Source: Candidatus Obscuribacteraceae bacterium
GTDB lineage: Bacteria; Cyanobacteriota; Vampirovibrionia; Obscuribacterales; Obscuribacteraceae
Direction of reading: 5' to 3'
Assembly: GCA_044226015.1 (NCBI GenBank)
Contig: JBGAHS010000005.1
Span: 416,001-480,000 of the forward strand
Length of the DNA: 64,000 nucleotides
The first letter of the stretch is position 1; every line of letters starts with the position of its first letter. This document shows positions 1 to 8,759 of the stretch, piece by piece. A model generated the notes under the pieces. The model saw only the letters and a program-made list of their open reading frames with translations, made no database searches and was not told the DNA's origin. The translations under genes were made by a program, and so were the position numbers.

Positions 1-2
1 CA

Positions 3-713
3 GAAGTAGCTGAAGCAGCCGGCGCTGATTTTGTATCTGAAGTCGATGCGCAGTCGGAAGATGGTCTTGTTGGTGATGCCGGTGACTCTCAAGAATCCAC
101 GAGAGACATTGAAGCTGCAGCTAATGAGTCTGGAGATGAGTCTGGCAACGAAGAGTCTGGCACCGACGACTCTGCTGACTCTACTCCGCGCAGCGAGAGC
201 GCAGGACCTCGTCCATATGCTCAGCGTCTTTCCACCTCCAGCCCCTACAAGTCTCGTTCATCTGAAGACAGAGAAACTTACAGAGACGATCGCGGTTCGA
301 GAGAGGAACGTGGCAATCGAGAAGAGCGCGGCTATCGTGAAGATCGCGGTTCAAGAGAAGATCGAGGCTATCGAGATGATCGCGATTCAAGAGAAGATCG
401 AGGCTATCGAGATGATCGCGATTCAAGAGATGATCGTGGTCCACGTGGTGGCGCTGGTGGTGGCTTCAGAAAAGCTGAGCGCGAGATAAATGTTCACCTT
501 GGAATAAGCCCTCGCTTGCTAGACCTGGCTAAAGAAATGGCCGAAGAGATGGGGCTTGACCTGCGAGAATATCTTGAGAGATGTTTAGTTCTCGCGCTCA
601 AAGCTCATGCTGATAAACTCGGCTACGCCAAGACCACAACATACGTAACTGAGTTCACTAAAGAGCATACGAAGAAGCCGGAAACTCGTGTTTCCAAGAA
701 GAAGCTCTATTAG
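3..713 (+). CDS. 5'-truncated protein: acidic and Arg/Asp/Gly low-complexity region followed by a C-terminal ribbon-helix-helix-like domain
   Basis: Frame +3 is open from base 3 (EVAEAAGADF...REDRGYRDDRDS...GPRGGAGGGF) into the listed 516..713 ORF. The C-terminus EINVHLGISPRLLDLAKEMAEEMGLDLREYLERCL has a beta-helix-helix pattern. The start lies upstream of the window. Confidence 0.7.
   Translation, partial: EVAEAAGADFVSEVDAQSEDGLVGDAGDSQESTRDIEAAANESGDESGNEESGTDDSADSTPRSESAGPRPYAQRLSTSSPYKSRSSEDRETYRDDRGSREERGNREERGYREDRGSREDRGYRDDRDSREDRGYRDDRDSRDDRGPRGGAGGGFRKAEREINVHLGISPRLLDLAKEMAEEMGLDLREYLERCLVLALKAHADKLGYAKTTTYVTEFTKEHTKKPETRVSKKKLY
350..430 (+). repeat. 36-bp coding tandem repeat (about 2.25 copies) within a degenerate 18-bp periodic tract at about 280-440
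   Basis: ttcaagagaagatcgaggctatcgagatgatcgcga occurs at 350-385 and 386-421, with a partial third copy; it encodes SREDRGYRDDRD. Confidence 0.9.
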
Positions 714-1003
714 GAAAATACTTTGTCAAGGGTGGGAAGATTCACGCGTAGTTTGCTCAAAAGCTGCGACTGTTAAGGATTGTCATTGACCATTTAGGCT
801 GAAGCAGCACCGAAGAAGCTTGATGGAATGCTCTCAACTCATGGTTGTCACGCATTTGCTGCTGAAATGCAGTGCTGCCTTGCCTTAACCGGAACTTTCA
901 GATCTTGGAAATGTGATATAGTTCCTGCTGCGCAAATGTCTTGCGCAGTTTCGTTGTTGAGCTTTAGGCTCGTCAACCGTATTAATTGAATCTGTTCCAG
1001 TCT

Positions 1004-1432
1004 ATGACCAATCTTGCAACTCTAACTGAAGTAGAATTCGCCAGCGAGGATGAATTCAAAGCTATTCTTCCGGCGCTCGAGCGGAAGCAAGGTCCCGCTG
1101 ACCATGAGCTGGATGCTCCTCCTGGCGTAGCCGTGAAAATCAGCGACAGTGTTAGACCTGTTAACGCGAAGACTTCTGGCGAGCTACTGCAAATTCTTGG
1201 CGGACCGCATACATCTGACGCTCATTGGAGAATTGCATGGAGCGAGCTAAATGCCAGGGATGAGTCCGCTGATTCCACCGATACGTTCGTTGTGGGTGGG
1301 CAGCTGTTCTTGCTTTCCTTTATACTTCTTGTTCTCGTCAAAATTCTGTTTTTCAATGGACCTGCCGAGCCTGCCGCGGAGAATCAAATCTCCTCAGCAA
1401 AGTCCGAAGTTTTTCGGTGCATTCTTTTGTAA
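1004..1432 (+). CDS. hypothetical protein with one C-terminal transmembrane helix
   Basis: ORF with hydrophobic stretch FVVGGQLFLLSFILLVLVKILFF; start uncertain (986 or 1004). Confidence 0.55.
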   Translation: MTNLATLTEVEFASEDEFKAILPALERKQGPADHELDAPPGVAVKISDSVRPVNAKTSGELLQILGGPHTSDAHWRIAWSELNARDESADSTDTFVVGGQLFLLSFILLVLVKILFFNGPAEPAAENQISSAKSEVFRCILL

Positions 1433-1458
1433 GTCCTAGTTCAATATGGAGAAATGCG

Positions 1459-2130
1459 GTGAAGATTCTTAGTGTGATTGTTGCCTTGGGGCTGAGCTTA
1501 GTTAGCAATCCGATTTTTGCTGCAAGCCACGAGACATCTCCATATCAACACGGCGTCAACGCTTACTTGAAGGATGACTATAAATCAGCGCTGCCACATT
1601 TCACCGAGGCAGCAAAAACTGATGCTAAGAATCCAAAGGTTCATTATTACCTGGCACTGTGCTATCAGCAAATGGATGATGACAAAAATGCTGCAGCTGA
1701 ATATGAGCTTGCACTTGCTAACAGCAAGGATGCTGCATTTAAGGAGATCGTTGCCGAGCGACTTTTGAGGACGAAACGGCGGCTGGGAACTGCTCCTAAA
1801 CTTAGTTCCGAAGAAAGTGCTCCTCAAGTTGCAAAACATGAGCCTGTTCAAAAGGTCATCTGGTTTTCAACGAACTGGTGCAGTCATTGCAAGAAGTTCA
1901 AAACAGCATGGGAAGCTGCTAAGACAAAGTTCAATAACAAGCTAACGTTTGAACATCTCAATGCAGAAGATCCATCAGCCTGGAAGTCTGTCGAGACTTA
2001 CAAGCCTAAGGCGTATCCAACCCTCGTTTATCTCGACAAGAAAAACAAAGTTATAGAGAACTTCGCTTCTGCACCAAGTAGTGATGAGTTCATCAAGCAT
2101 CTCCAAGACCTTGGGGCTAAGGTCAACTGA
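1459..2130 (+). CDS. exported TPR + thioredoxin-domain protein
   Basis: GTG start after GGAGA; signal peptide VKILSVIVALGLSLVSNPIFA; TPR-like helices (VHYYLALCYQQMDDDKNAAAEYELAL); WCSHC CxxC motif and YPTL cis-Pro loop. Confidence 0.85.
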   Translation: MKILSVIVALGLSLVSNPIFAASHETSPYQHGVNAYLKDDYKSALPHFTEAAKTDAKNPKVHYYLALCYQQMDDDKNAAAEYELALANSKDAAFKEIVAERLLRTKRRLGTAPKLSSEESAPQVAKHEPVQKVIWFSTNWCSHCKKFKTAWEAAKTKFNNKLTFEHLNAEDPSAWKSVETYKPKAYPTLVYLDKKNKVIENFASAPSSDEFIKHLQDLGAKVN

Positions 2131-2158
2131 TCTCCATAATTTCTCCATAGTTTCCATT
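2131..2158 (+). promoter_or_regulatory. putative BaeR-type response regulator binding site (direct repeat)
   Basis: TCTCCATA at 2131 and 2142 (11-bp spacing) plus TTTCCAT at 2151, upstream of the operon that ends in the baeSR-like genes. Resembles the TTCTCCAT-containing BaeR box. Confidence 0.55.
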
Positions 2159-2233
2159 CTCATTACATAGGACTCTCCTAGAGTATGTGTATTGGGTCAT
2201 CGGTATGCCAGCAATTTATGAGGGTACTGACGA

Positions 2234-2506
2234 ATGGAAAAACAACTGGCTGAGCTTATGAAAACACTGAATAAGTCTCAGAAACTGGCAAAACTTGCTG
2301 TGAGCGAAAGCGGTTTCTTATTCGACCCTGAAACAGGGCAGAGTTTTACTCTGAATAAAACCGGGTTAGTCACGCTGAATCAGCTAAAGCGCGGTTCATC
2401 GATTGAAGAAACAGCAAGTTACTTATCTCAGAATTATATGGTCTCGGTCGAAGCTGCGATGAACAGCGTCGAGGCATTCATCTTGCAACTTGGGAGATAC
2501 CTATAA
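2234..2506 (+). CDS. PqqD-family / RiPP recognition element (RRE) protein
   Basis: 90 aa; SESGFLFDPETGQSFTLNKTG followed by three helices (EETASYLSQNYMVSVEAAMNSVEAFILQL), the typical PqqD fold pattern. RBS GAGGG. Confidence 0.85.
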   Translation: MEKQLAELMKTLNKSQKLAKLAVSESGFLFDPETGQSFTLNKTGLVTLNQLKRGSSIEETASYLSQNYMVSVEAAMNSVEAFILQLGRYL

Positions 2507-3612
2507 TGCGTAATTCCAAAGCGTGGAAAAATTATACGGTGGCGGTGACTGGAATGAACGCAAGTCCAGAAAGTCCTGGACCAGGTTTCGCAGTGGCAAG
2601 GTGTTTGAAAGAGCATCCAGAATTCGAAGGTCGAGTCATTGGGCTTGGATATGATGTTCTTGATGCGGGGCTTTATGCGCATCACATTTGCGATGCTGGC
2701 TACCTGGTGCCATACCCGTCGGCAGGACGCGATGCATTGCTAGAGCGACTTCGTGCTGTTCATGCTGTTGAGAAAATTGATGTGATAATTCCCTGTCTGG
2801 ATGCTGAACTTCAGAGCTTTATCGGTTTGAGAAAAGAACTTGAGTCCATGGGAATAAAGATGCTTATTCCGAGTCGAGATCAATTCAATCTACGTGCGAA
2901 GGACCAGCTGGGCAAGTTTTGTGAATCAATAGGTGTGCTTGCACCTGAGAGCAAGACAATTACGAATCCTGCATTCTTTGACGATTGCCACAATCAGGGG
3001 TGGGAATATCCCCTTATTGTAAAAGGCATCTTCTATGATGCGACCATCGCAAGGAATGCTTTTGAAGCCAAAGCCATCATGAATAAGCTGGTAGGGCAGT
3101 GGGGCTACCCGGTGCTCGTGCAGAAAATAGTTCAGGGCGATGAATTCGACTTGTCTGCAATCGGAGATGGGAAATGTCAGATGCTCGGTGCCGTGATGAT
3201 GCGCAAGCGAGCCCTGACAGAGAAAGGAAAAGCCTGGGCGGGAGTGACTGTTGCTGAGCCTGGAATAGCCGAAGTGGCTGGTAAAATCATTCGTGGACTA
3301 GCATGGAGTGGACCGTTTGAAGTAGAGGTCATGCGTACTGCCGACGAGAAGATTTACTTGATTGAGATTAACCCTCGCTTTCCGGCGTGGATTTATCTCA
3401 GTCATGCTGTCGGACGAAACTTGCCAGTGACTTTGCTCAAAGTCATTGCCGGTGAAACCGAACTAGATCTTGCAGAAGAGCGAACAGGAACATTTTTCAT
3501 ACGTCACGCACAGGAGTTGATTGTTAATCTGCCCGAGTTTGAGTCAATGTTGATCAACGGTAGTACAGGTGGATTCTTCGAAGATTCAGCACTGCACCGT
3601 TCAGCAAGTTAG
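2506..3612 (+). CDS. ATP-grasp domain ligase (carbamoyl-phosphate synthase large subunit-like)
   Basis: IDVIIPCLDAE, DKxxL-like AKDQL, YPLIVKG, VLVQKIVQGDE and YLIEINPRF motifs; TAATG overlap with the PqqD gene. Confidence 0.9.
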   Translation: MRNSKAWKNYTVAVTGMNASPESPGPGFAVARCLKEHPEFEGRVIGLGYDVLDAGLYAHHICDAGYLVPYPSAGRDALLERLRAVHAVEKIDVIIPCLDAELQSFIGLRKELESMGIKMLIPSRDQFNLRAKDQLGKFCESIGVLAPESKTITNPAFFDDCHNQGWEYPLIVKGIFYDATIARNAFEAKAIMNKLVGQWGYPVLVQKIVQGDEFDLSAIGDGKCQMLGAVMMRKRALTEKGKAWAGVTVAEPGIAEVAGKIIRGLAWSGPFEVEVMRTADEKIYLIEINPRFPAWIYLSHAVGRNLPVTLLKVIAGETELDLAEERTGTFFIRHAQELIVNLPEFESMLINGSTGGFFEDSALHRSAS

Positions 3613-3636
3613 AAAGTGGAAGAGGAGGAGGCATAA

Positions 3637-5097
3637 ATGGGTTTTGATCAAGATGGAAAAAAGGGGCTCTGGGAGCCACCATATATACAACCACATAAGT
3701 TAGGAGCAATAAACAAGTTTGGGCGCCGTCCGGTAAGAGACAACGTTGCAAGTGAACTCTACGGAGTTCCAGTTCAGGAGCTGATTGAGCGCTTTGGTTC
3801 ACCGCTCTTTGTTTTGAGTGAAGAGAAGCTGCGTGCCAATATTCGAAAAATCAAAAGCGCCTTTGAACAGAGATACACTCTTTCGCAGCATGGCTGGTCT
3901 TATAAGACAAACTATACCAGCGCCGTTTGCCGCATTATGGATCAAGAAGCTTCGCTGGCTGAAGTAGTGTCAAACTTTGAGTATGAGAAAGCTCGTGCTC
4001 TAGGTGTGCCTGGTCACCGCATCATTTTCAATGGACCGAATAAGCCTCGTGCAATTCTTGAGCGTGCTATTGCGGAAGGAGCCTTCATTCAAGCAGACCA
4101 TATGGACGAGTTGCGCCTTCTGCAGACCATAGCTGAAGAACAATCGCGCACTGTTGACATAGGAATAAGAATCAATTTTGACACCGGTTTTACTGAGCCC
4201 TGGAGCCGATTTGGTTTCAATCTTGAAAGCGGACAAGCTCGGGAAGCTGCAAAATTTATTTCGCGAAGCAATAATTTGAGGTTGACGGCTTTGCATTCGC
4301 ACATCGGCACTTTCGTGCTTGAGCCTCGAGCATACGCGGCTCAGGTAAAGATAATGTGCGACCTGATGCGCGAGCTTGAAGGTTTTGCAAACGTCGATAT
4401 TCAATGTCTTGATATAGGTGGAGGTTTTCCCTCTCTTAATGCGCTTCAGAGCATCTATTTGCCGCCAGAGCAGGTTGTGCCCGCAATTACTGAATACGCC
4501 GATGCAATCTGTGAATCGCTACAGCAAGGTATTCGTTATAGAAAGGAACAGGGAAAGGAGCTGCCACGCCTGGTATACGAAAGTGGACGAGCAATGGTAG
4601 ATGAATCTGAGTCATTGATCACATCTGTTGTCGGAACAAAGCGCCTTCCAGATGGACGCCGAGCCGCTATTCTAGATGCCGGTACGAATCTTTTGTTTAC
4701 TGCTTACTGGTACAACCATCCTATAAAACTCACCAAAGAAACTTATGGTGCTGAGGAGGAAACTGTATTGTACGGTCCCCTCTGTATGAATATTGACGTC
4801 GTTCGCAGCAGTGTTTGTTTACCTCCGCTCAATGCTGGAGATCAGCTGATCATAGGTAATGTTGGGGCATACAACAACACTCAGTGGCTTCAATTCATTG
4901 AATATCGACCGAACGTGGTTATGGTTTCTCAGAATGGTGAGTGTCACGTCATCAGATATGCTGAGGATCTATCAGTAATGATGTCGCAAGATTCCATTCC
5001 AGATCATTTGATGCCCAGGCAAATGAAGAAGCTGAAGGAAAGTGGACAGATAGCTATTCTCCGACCAAACTCATCGATGAAAAAGGTCAGGGAGTAA
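3637..5097 (+). CDS. PLP-dependent type III decarboxylase, diaminopimelate decarboxylase-like
   Basis: FGSPLFV, SYKTN (PLP lysine), FNGPNK, SRFG, HSHIGT, DIGGGF, ESGRAMV, GPLCMNID and VGAY motifs; strong RBS GAGGAGGAGG. Confidence 0.9.
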   Translation: MGFDQDGKKGLWEPPYIQPHKLGAINKFGRRPVRDNVASELYGVPVQELIERFGSPLFVLSEEKLRANIRKIKSAFEQRYTLSQHGWSYKTNYTSAVCRIMDQEASLAEVVSNFEYEKARALGVPGHRIIFNGPNKPRAILERAIAEGAFIQADHMDELRLLQTIAEEQSRTVDIGIRINFDTGFTEPWSRFGFNLESGQAREAAKFISRSNNLRLTALHSHIGTFVLEPRAYAAQVKIMCDLMRELEGFANVDIQCLDIGGGFPSLNALQSIYLPPEQVVPAITEYADAICESLQQGIRYRKEQGKELPRLVYESGRAMVDESESLITSVVGTKRLPDGRRAAILDAGTNLLFTAYWYNHPIKLTKETYGAEEETVLYGPLCMNIDVVRSSVCLPPLNAGDQLIIGNVGAYNNTQWLQFIEYRPNVVMVSQNGECHVIRYAEDLSVMMSQDSIPDHLMPRQMKKLKESGQIAILRPNSSMKKVRE

Positions 5098-5100
5098 AAG

Positions 5101-7257
5101 ATGTTTATTAGAAAAATAAATCAAGTGCTTGATGGGTACGGTTCATTTTTCGGTCTTTCGCATCCAGCCTCTCGCCTTTTGATTTTTCTTTGTGCGATTC
5201 TTAATCCCTTCTCTGGAGTTTGTGGAGTATTGGGCGCCATTTCTGTAGTCGCCTGGCGCTCTCTACTCCAGTTCAGAAGTGATACAGAACGAATTGAGAT
5301 AATCAACGGCATTCTTTTGGGCAGCTTGATGGGATCAATGTTTGCCTTCACTCCCGCATCTGTTGCATTGACCTTTTCTGGTGCACTGCTGGTAGTGCTG
5401 TTTAGCGCTGTGTTTTCGGATACTGTGGGAAAGATGTTTCGTCTGCCGCTACTGGGCTTACCCTATTCGGTGGTCGCATTTTTAATCTTGCCTGCAGCTG
5501 CGGCTCTGCATATACAGCATGTGGTTGTACCGGTTCCCCAATGGTTGTTGATTCCCTGTGATGCAGTTTTGCCTCTGGGCGCGATGTACTTCAATGGCAC
5601 TGGTGCTGGTGGCTTGCTCGTGGTGTTAGCATTTTTGCTTTCTTCACGTTACTTAGCTCTTCTTGCACTCTTGTCGAGTGTAGCATCATCCTTGTTTCTT
5701 CATGCGCTGGGTTTGCCTACTGACTCAATACTTTCGCTTGTAGCTCGCATGAACAGTGTTCTGGCTGCGTGTATCATTGGCGGATTGTTCGCTGTGCCTG
5801 GACGCAAGAGTATGGCTGTCTCTGTGGGGGCAGCTGTCTTCGCTGCCGGGCTTACGCTAGCGTTGAATCAGCTGCTATCGGTTTTGAGTCTGCCGGTGCT
5901 GGCGCTTCCGTTTGTGATTGTGACATACATCTCTATGCTCGTTTTCAATTCGCAAAGAGGACCTGCCTGGACTTATTTCTGGTTAAGCACTCCTGCTCTG
6001 CCAGAAAGCAGTCTGGAGTTTATTCAAGTTGCACAAGCTCGTGGAGTTGACTATCGCAGCATTGCCTTGAAGGCGCCGTTCAAAGGTACCTGGCAGGTAT
6101 ATCAGGGCTTTGCTGGAAAGCATACTCATAAAGGTGTCTGGCAATATGCTCTGGACTTTTTTCAAACGGAGGGCGAGAAGAGTTTCGCGGGTGACGGCGC
6201 CCTCTTGAATGATTATCATTGCTTCGGCAAGCCGGTTTTGTCGCCGGCTTATGGAACAATCGTTGAAGTTCAAAATGGAATTGCCGATAATGTACCTGGT
6301 GAAGTTGACACAATCAATAACTGGGGGAATTACATTCTGGTCAGGCTTGATTGTGGTGCCTATGTGATACTAGCCCACTTGAAGCAGGGCAGTGTTAGAG
6401 TAAATGTCGGTTCTCGAGTGATGCCTGGCGAAATGATTGCCAGCGTTGGAAACTCGGGACGTTCGCCACAGCCCCATCTGCATATGCATGTTCAGGAAAC
6501 GCAGTACATAGGTTCAAAGACGATTCCCTTCCACATCAATGGAATAATCAGGCATCTCGGCGACAGGAATGAATACAGCATGAAGGCAAGTCCTGAGGAA
6601 AATGAAGTTCTCAGTGTACCTGCATTGAACGAGGCTCTTAAGCACTCCTTGCGGTTTTGCGTTGGTAATCGCTATGAATTTGAACTTGAAGAAGCCGATG
6701 GCATAGAGCGCAAAGCTCATCTTGAAGTTAGCCTTGATCTCAATGGTCAGTTCTGGCTGAACAGCTCGTCAGGGGCAAGAGTGGCATTTAGCCAATCTGA
6801 TGAACTACTTGCTTTCTACAACCGACTTGGTCCAGATGATACTTTTCTCGACTCTTTTATTCTTGCTGTCAGCAGTACGCCGTTAGTCGAAGGTGCCATA
6901 AGCTGGCAAGACATGGTGCCACGTCGTTTATTAAACAGAAGCTTCTTGACTCGCCTTCAGCAGAATTTGCTTCATCCAATAAGTCCCTGTGCAACCACAA
7001 CATTTAATCGCCGATGGGATAGTACGCTAAAATTATGGCTGCAAACTGCAGAACATCGAGTTGGCGCGAGCAAATTTACGAGTACAGCTCAGATATGCGA
7101 GGCTCAAGGGTTGATGGAGTTCAGTCTTAGTTCGGATGAAAAGATGCTGATGCGGGCGAAGCTGATCACGCTGGGCTTGCGAGAAGATCTAGGCATACCC
7201 GAGTGGTCTTCGAAGCAGCTTTCTGCTCTACCTCAAGCAACGCGGGGAATGAATTGA
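5101..7257 (+). CDS. urea-transporter-like membrane domain fused to an M23 peptidase domain and a C-terminal domain
   Basis: About 10 TM helices in the N-terminal 280 aa (NGILLG, LPLLGLPY, LPVLALPF repeats typical of the UT family). M23 region: HTHKGVWQYALDF, PVLSPAYGTIV, WGNYI, AHLKQGSV, VGNSGRSPQPHLH. Confidence 0.85.
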   Translation: MFIRKINQVLDGYGSFFGLSHPASRLLIFLCAILNPFSGVCGVLGAISVVAWRSLLQFRSDTERIEIINGILLGSLMGSMFAFTPASVALTFSGALLVVLFSAVFSDTVGKMFRLPLLGLPYSVVAFLILPAAAALHIQHVVVPVPQWLLIPCDAVLPLGAMYFNGTGAGGLLVVLAFLLSSRYLALLALLSSVASSLFLHALGLPTDSILSLVARMNSVLAACIIGGLFAVPGRKSMAVSVGAAVFAAGLTLALNQLLSVLSLPVLALPFVIVTYISMLVFNSQRGPAWTYFWLSTPALPESSLEFIQVAQARGVDYRSIALKAPFKGTWQVYQGFAGKHTHKGVWQYALDFFQTEGEKSFAGDGALLNDYHCFGKPVLSPAYGTIVEVQNGIADNVPGEVDTINNWGNYILVRLDCGAYVILAHLKQGSVRVNVGSRVMPGEMIASVGNSGRSPQPHLHMHVQETQYIGSKTIPFHINGIIRHLGDRNEYSMKASPEENEVLSVPALNEALKHSLRFCVGNRYEFELEEADGIERKAHLEVSLDLNGQFWLNSSSGARVAFSQSDELLAFYNRLGPDDTFLDSFILAVSSTPLVEGAISWQDMVPRRLLNRSFLTRLQQNLLHPISPCATTTFNRRWDSTLKLWLQTAEHRVGASKFTSTAQICEAQGLMEFSLSSDEKMLMRAKLITLGLREDLGIPEWSSKQLSALPQATRGMN

Positions 7258-8759
7258 AGATATCGCACAAGTTGCTGTTTATGTTTTTGCTAGTGGCCGG
7301 CTTTGTTGTCGGCCTCATTTCCGTGGCAATTCATTTCAGCATCGCAAACGGCTTCTCTTCGTATCTTGCCAAGTCAGAAATCAAAACTCTTGATTTGATT
7401 CCTTCGATTTTGGCTCAATCTTATGAATCTAGTAATGGCTGGAAGAGTTTTGCCGATCCCAAATTTATGGAGTCAGTGATAAGAGAGAACGAAAATCATA
7501 ATAGTCCTCATCCTGGACCCTTTCCTCCTGATGGAGGTCCGCAGGGGAGTGATTTACAGCTTTCAGCAGAGTTGCCGACATCTTCCGGAATGCTACCTGA
7601 GCAGAAGGAGGAGTTCCCGCCAGCTTTTGAACCACCACCATTTCCTCCGTTTCGAATAGAGCTTTTCAAGCGCATCGGCATTTTTGATGAGAAGAAACAG
7701 CTACTGTGGGGAGAGGCAAAAGCTTTCGACTCCCGAGCCAGCCTGCCTATCATAAGTAAGGGTCAAATCGTTGGCTATGTGAATCTGGCAGCACCAGAGA
7801 AATTGAGTAGAGACCTCGAAAATGATTTTGTCGCTGAACAGAACAAAGCACTTATGGTGGTGGCAGTGCTCTCCTTTGGCTTAGCCACCATTTCTGCAAT
7901 CGTTTTGTCTCGCGATATTGTGAATGCAATTCAAGAATTGGTTCTTGCGACCCGCAGAATGAGTGCTGGTGATCTTTCGCATCCCCTGGATATTGTGAGA
8001 ACCGATGAGTTAGGACAATTAGCGAAAGACCTGAATTTTTTAGCTGCTACGCTCGACCAACATGATAGAGCTCATAAACAGTGGATCGCGGATACTTCTC
8101 ATGAGTTGCGAACACCGGTCGCTGTTTTACGAGCGCAGGTTGAGGCAATACAAGATGGAATTCAGGAACCTAATGAAAAGACAGTATCTATTCTTCACGA
8201 CGAAGTAATGACTCTGGGCAAGTTGATAGACGACTTGTACGATTTGGCAAGATATGATGTGAAGCAGCTGTTTTTTCAATTCGGACCTGTCGAGATTGGC
8301 AGTTTGTTGGCCGAAACAATTGATTCCTTCTCAGAGCGATTTGAAAAGAAAAGGATTCAAGTGCAGGTGTCTGAGCTTTCAAACACTAAGTTAGTAGTTA
8401 ATGCTGATGCTGCACGTTTGAAACAACTATTTGCAAATATCTTGGAGAATTCATTGAGGTATACAAATGAGGGAGGGCGATTAAAAATTCTCTGTAGTAT
8501 GGTGGCAGATTGGGTAAAGGTGTCATTCGATGACTCTGAACCCGGAGTGTCCGAAGATGCGCTTTTGAAAATATTTGAACGATTTTACAGGGTAGAGTCA
8601 TCACGTTCGAGAGTTTATGGTGGAAGTGGACTTGGGCTGTCCATTTCAAAAACAATCGCGGAAGGACATGGAGGAGTGCTGAAAGCTTCTCCCTCGGAAT
8701 TAGGTGGGTTGCGTTTGGAATTTAGTATTCCTGTAGCAGAGGTGAGCAAGAATGGCTGA
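7254..8759 (+). CDS. baeS: BaeS-like sensor histidine kinase (2 TM, HAMP, HisKA, HATPase)
   Basis: TTG start overlapping the upstream TGA; DELGQLA HAMP, SHELRTP H-box, NILENSLRY, FERFYR, GGSGLGL; Pro-rich sensor region. Orthology to baeS is not verified. Confidence 0.85.
   Translation: MKISHKLLFMFLLVAGFVVGLISVAIHFSIANGFSSYLAKSEIKTLDLIPSILAQSYESSNGWKSFADPKFMESVIRENENHNSPHPGPFPPDGGPQGSDLQLSAELPTSSGMLPEQKEEFPPAFEPPPFPPFRIELFKRIGIFDEKKQLLWGEAKAFDSRASLPIISKGQIVGYVNLAAPEKLSRDLENDFVAEQNKALMVVAVLSFGLATISAIVLSRDIVNAIQELVLATRRMSAGDLSHPLDIVRTDELGQLAKDLNFLAATLDQHDRAHKQWIADTSHELRTPVAVLRAQVEAIQDGIQEPNEKTVSILHDEVMTLGKLIDDLYDLARYDVKQLFFQFGPVEIGSLLAETIDSFSERFEKKRIQVQVSELSNTKLVVNADAARLKQLFANILENSLRYTNEGGRLKILCSMVADWVKVSFDDSEPGVSEDALLKIFERFYRVESSRSRVYGGSGLGLSISKTIAEGHGGVLKASPSELGGLRLEFSIPVAEVSKNG

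Noticed and set aside
31..489. 152-aa ORF with IEAIEMIAIQEK repeats, and the antisense ORF 181..444
   Set aside because: These are shadow frames of the repeat-rich real gene in frame +3, which runs from before the window to 713.
714..985. Intergenic region with the hairpin CTGCGCAA-ATGTC-TTGCGCAG near 927-947 as a possible ncRNA or riboswitch
   Set aside because: I could not recognise a known RNA family motif; a single hairpin is insufficient evidence.
2131..2233. A short RiPP precursor ORF upstream of the PqqD gene
   Set aside because: I found no convincing RBS-led small ORF in the 103-bp gap or after the two-component genes. A precursor could still be encoded elsewhere.
3637..5097. Naming the decarboxylase lysA
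   Set aside because: The fold motifs match, but the operon context and N-terminal extension suggest a specialised paralog, and substrate specificity cannot be read from the sequence.
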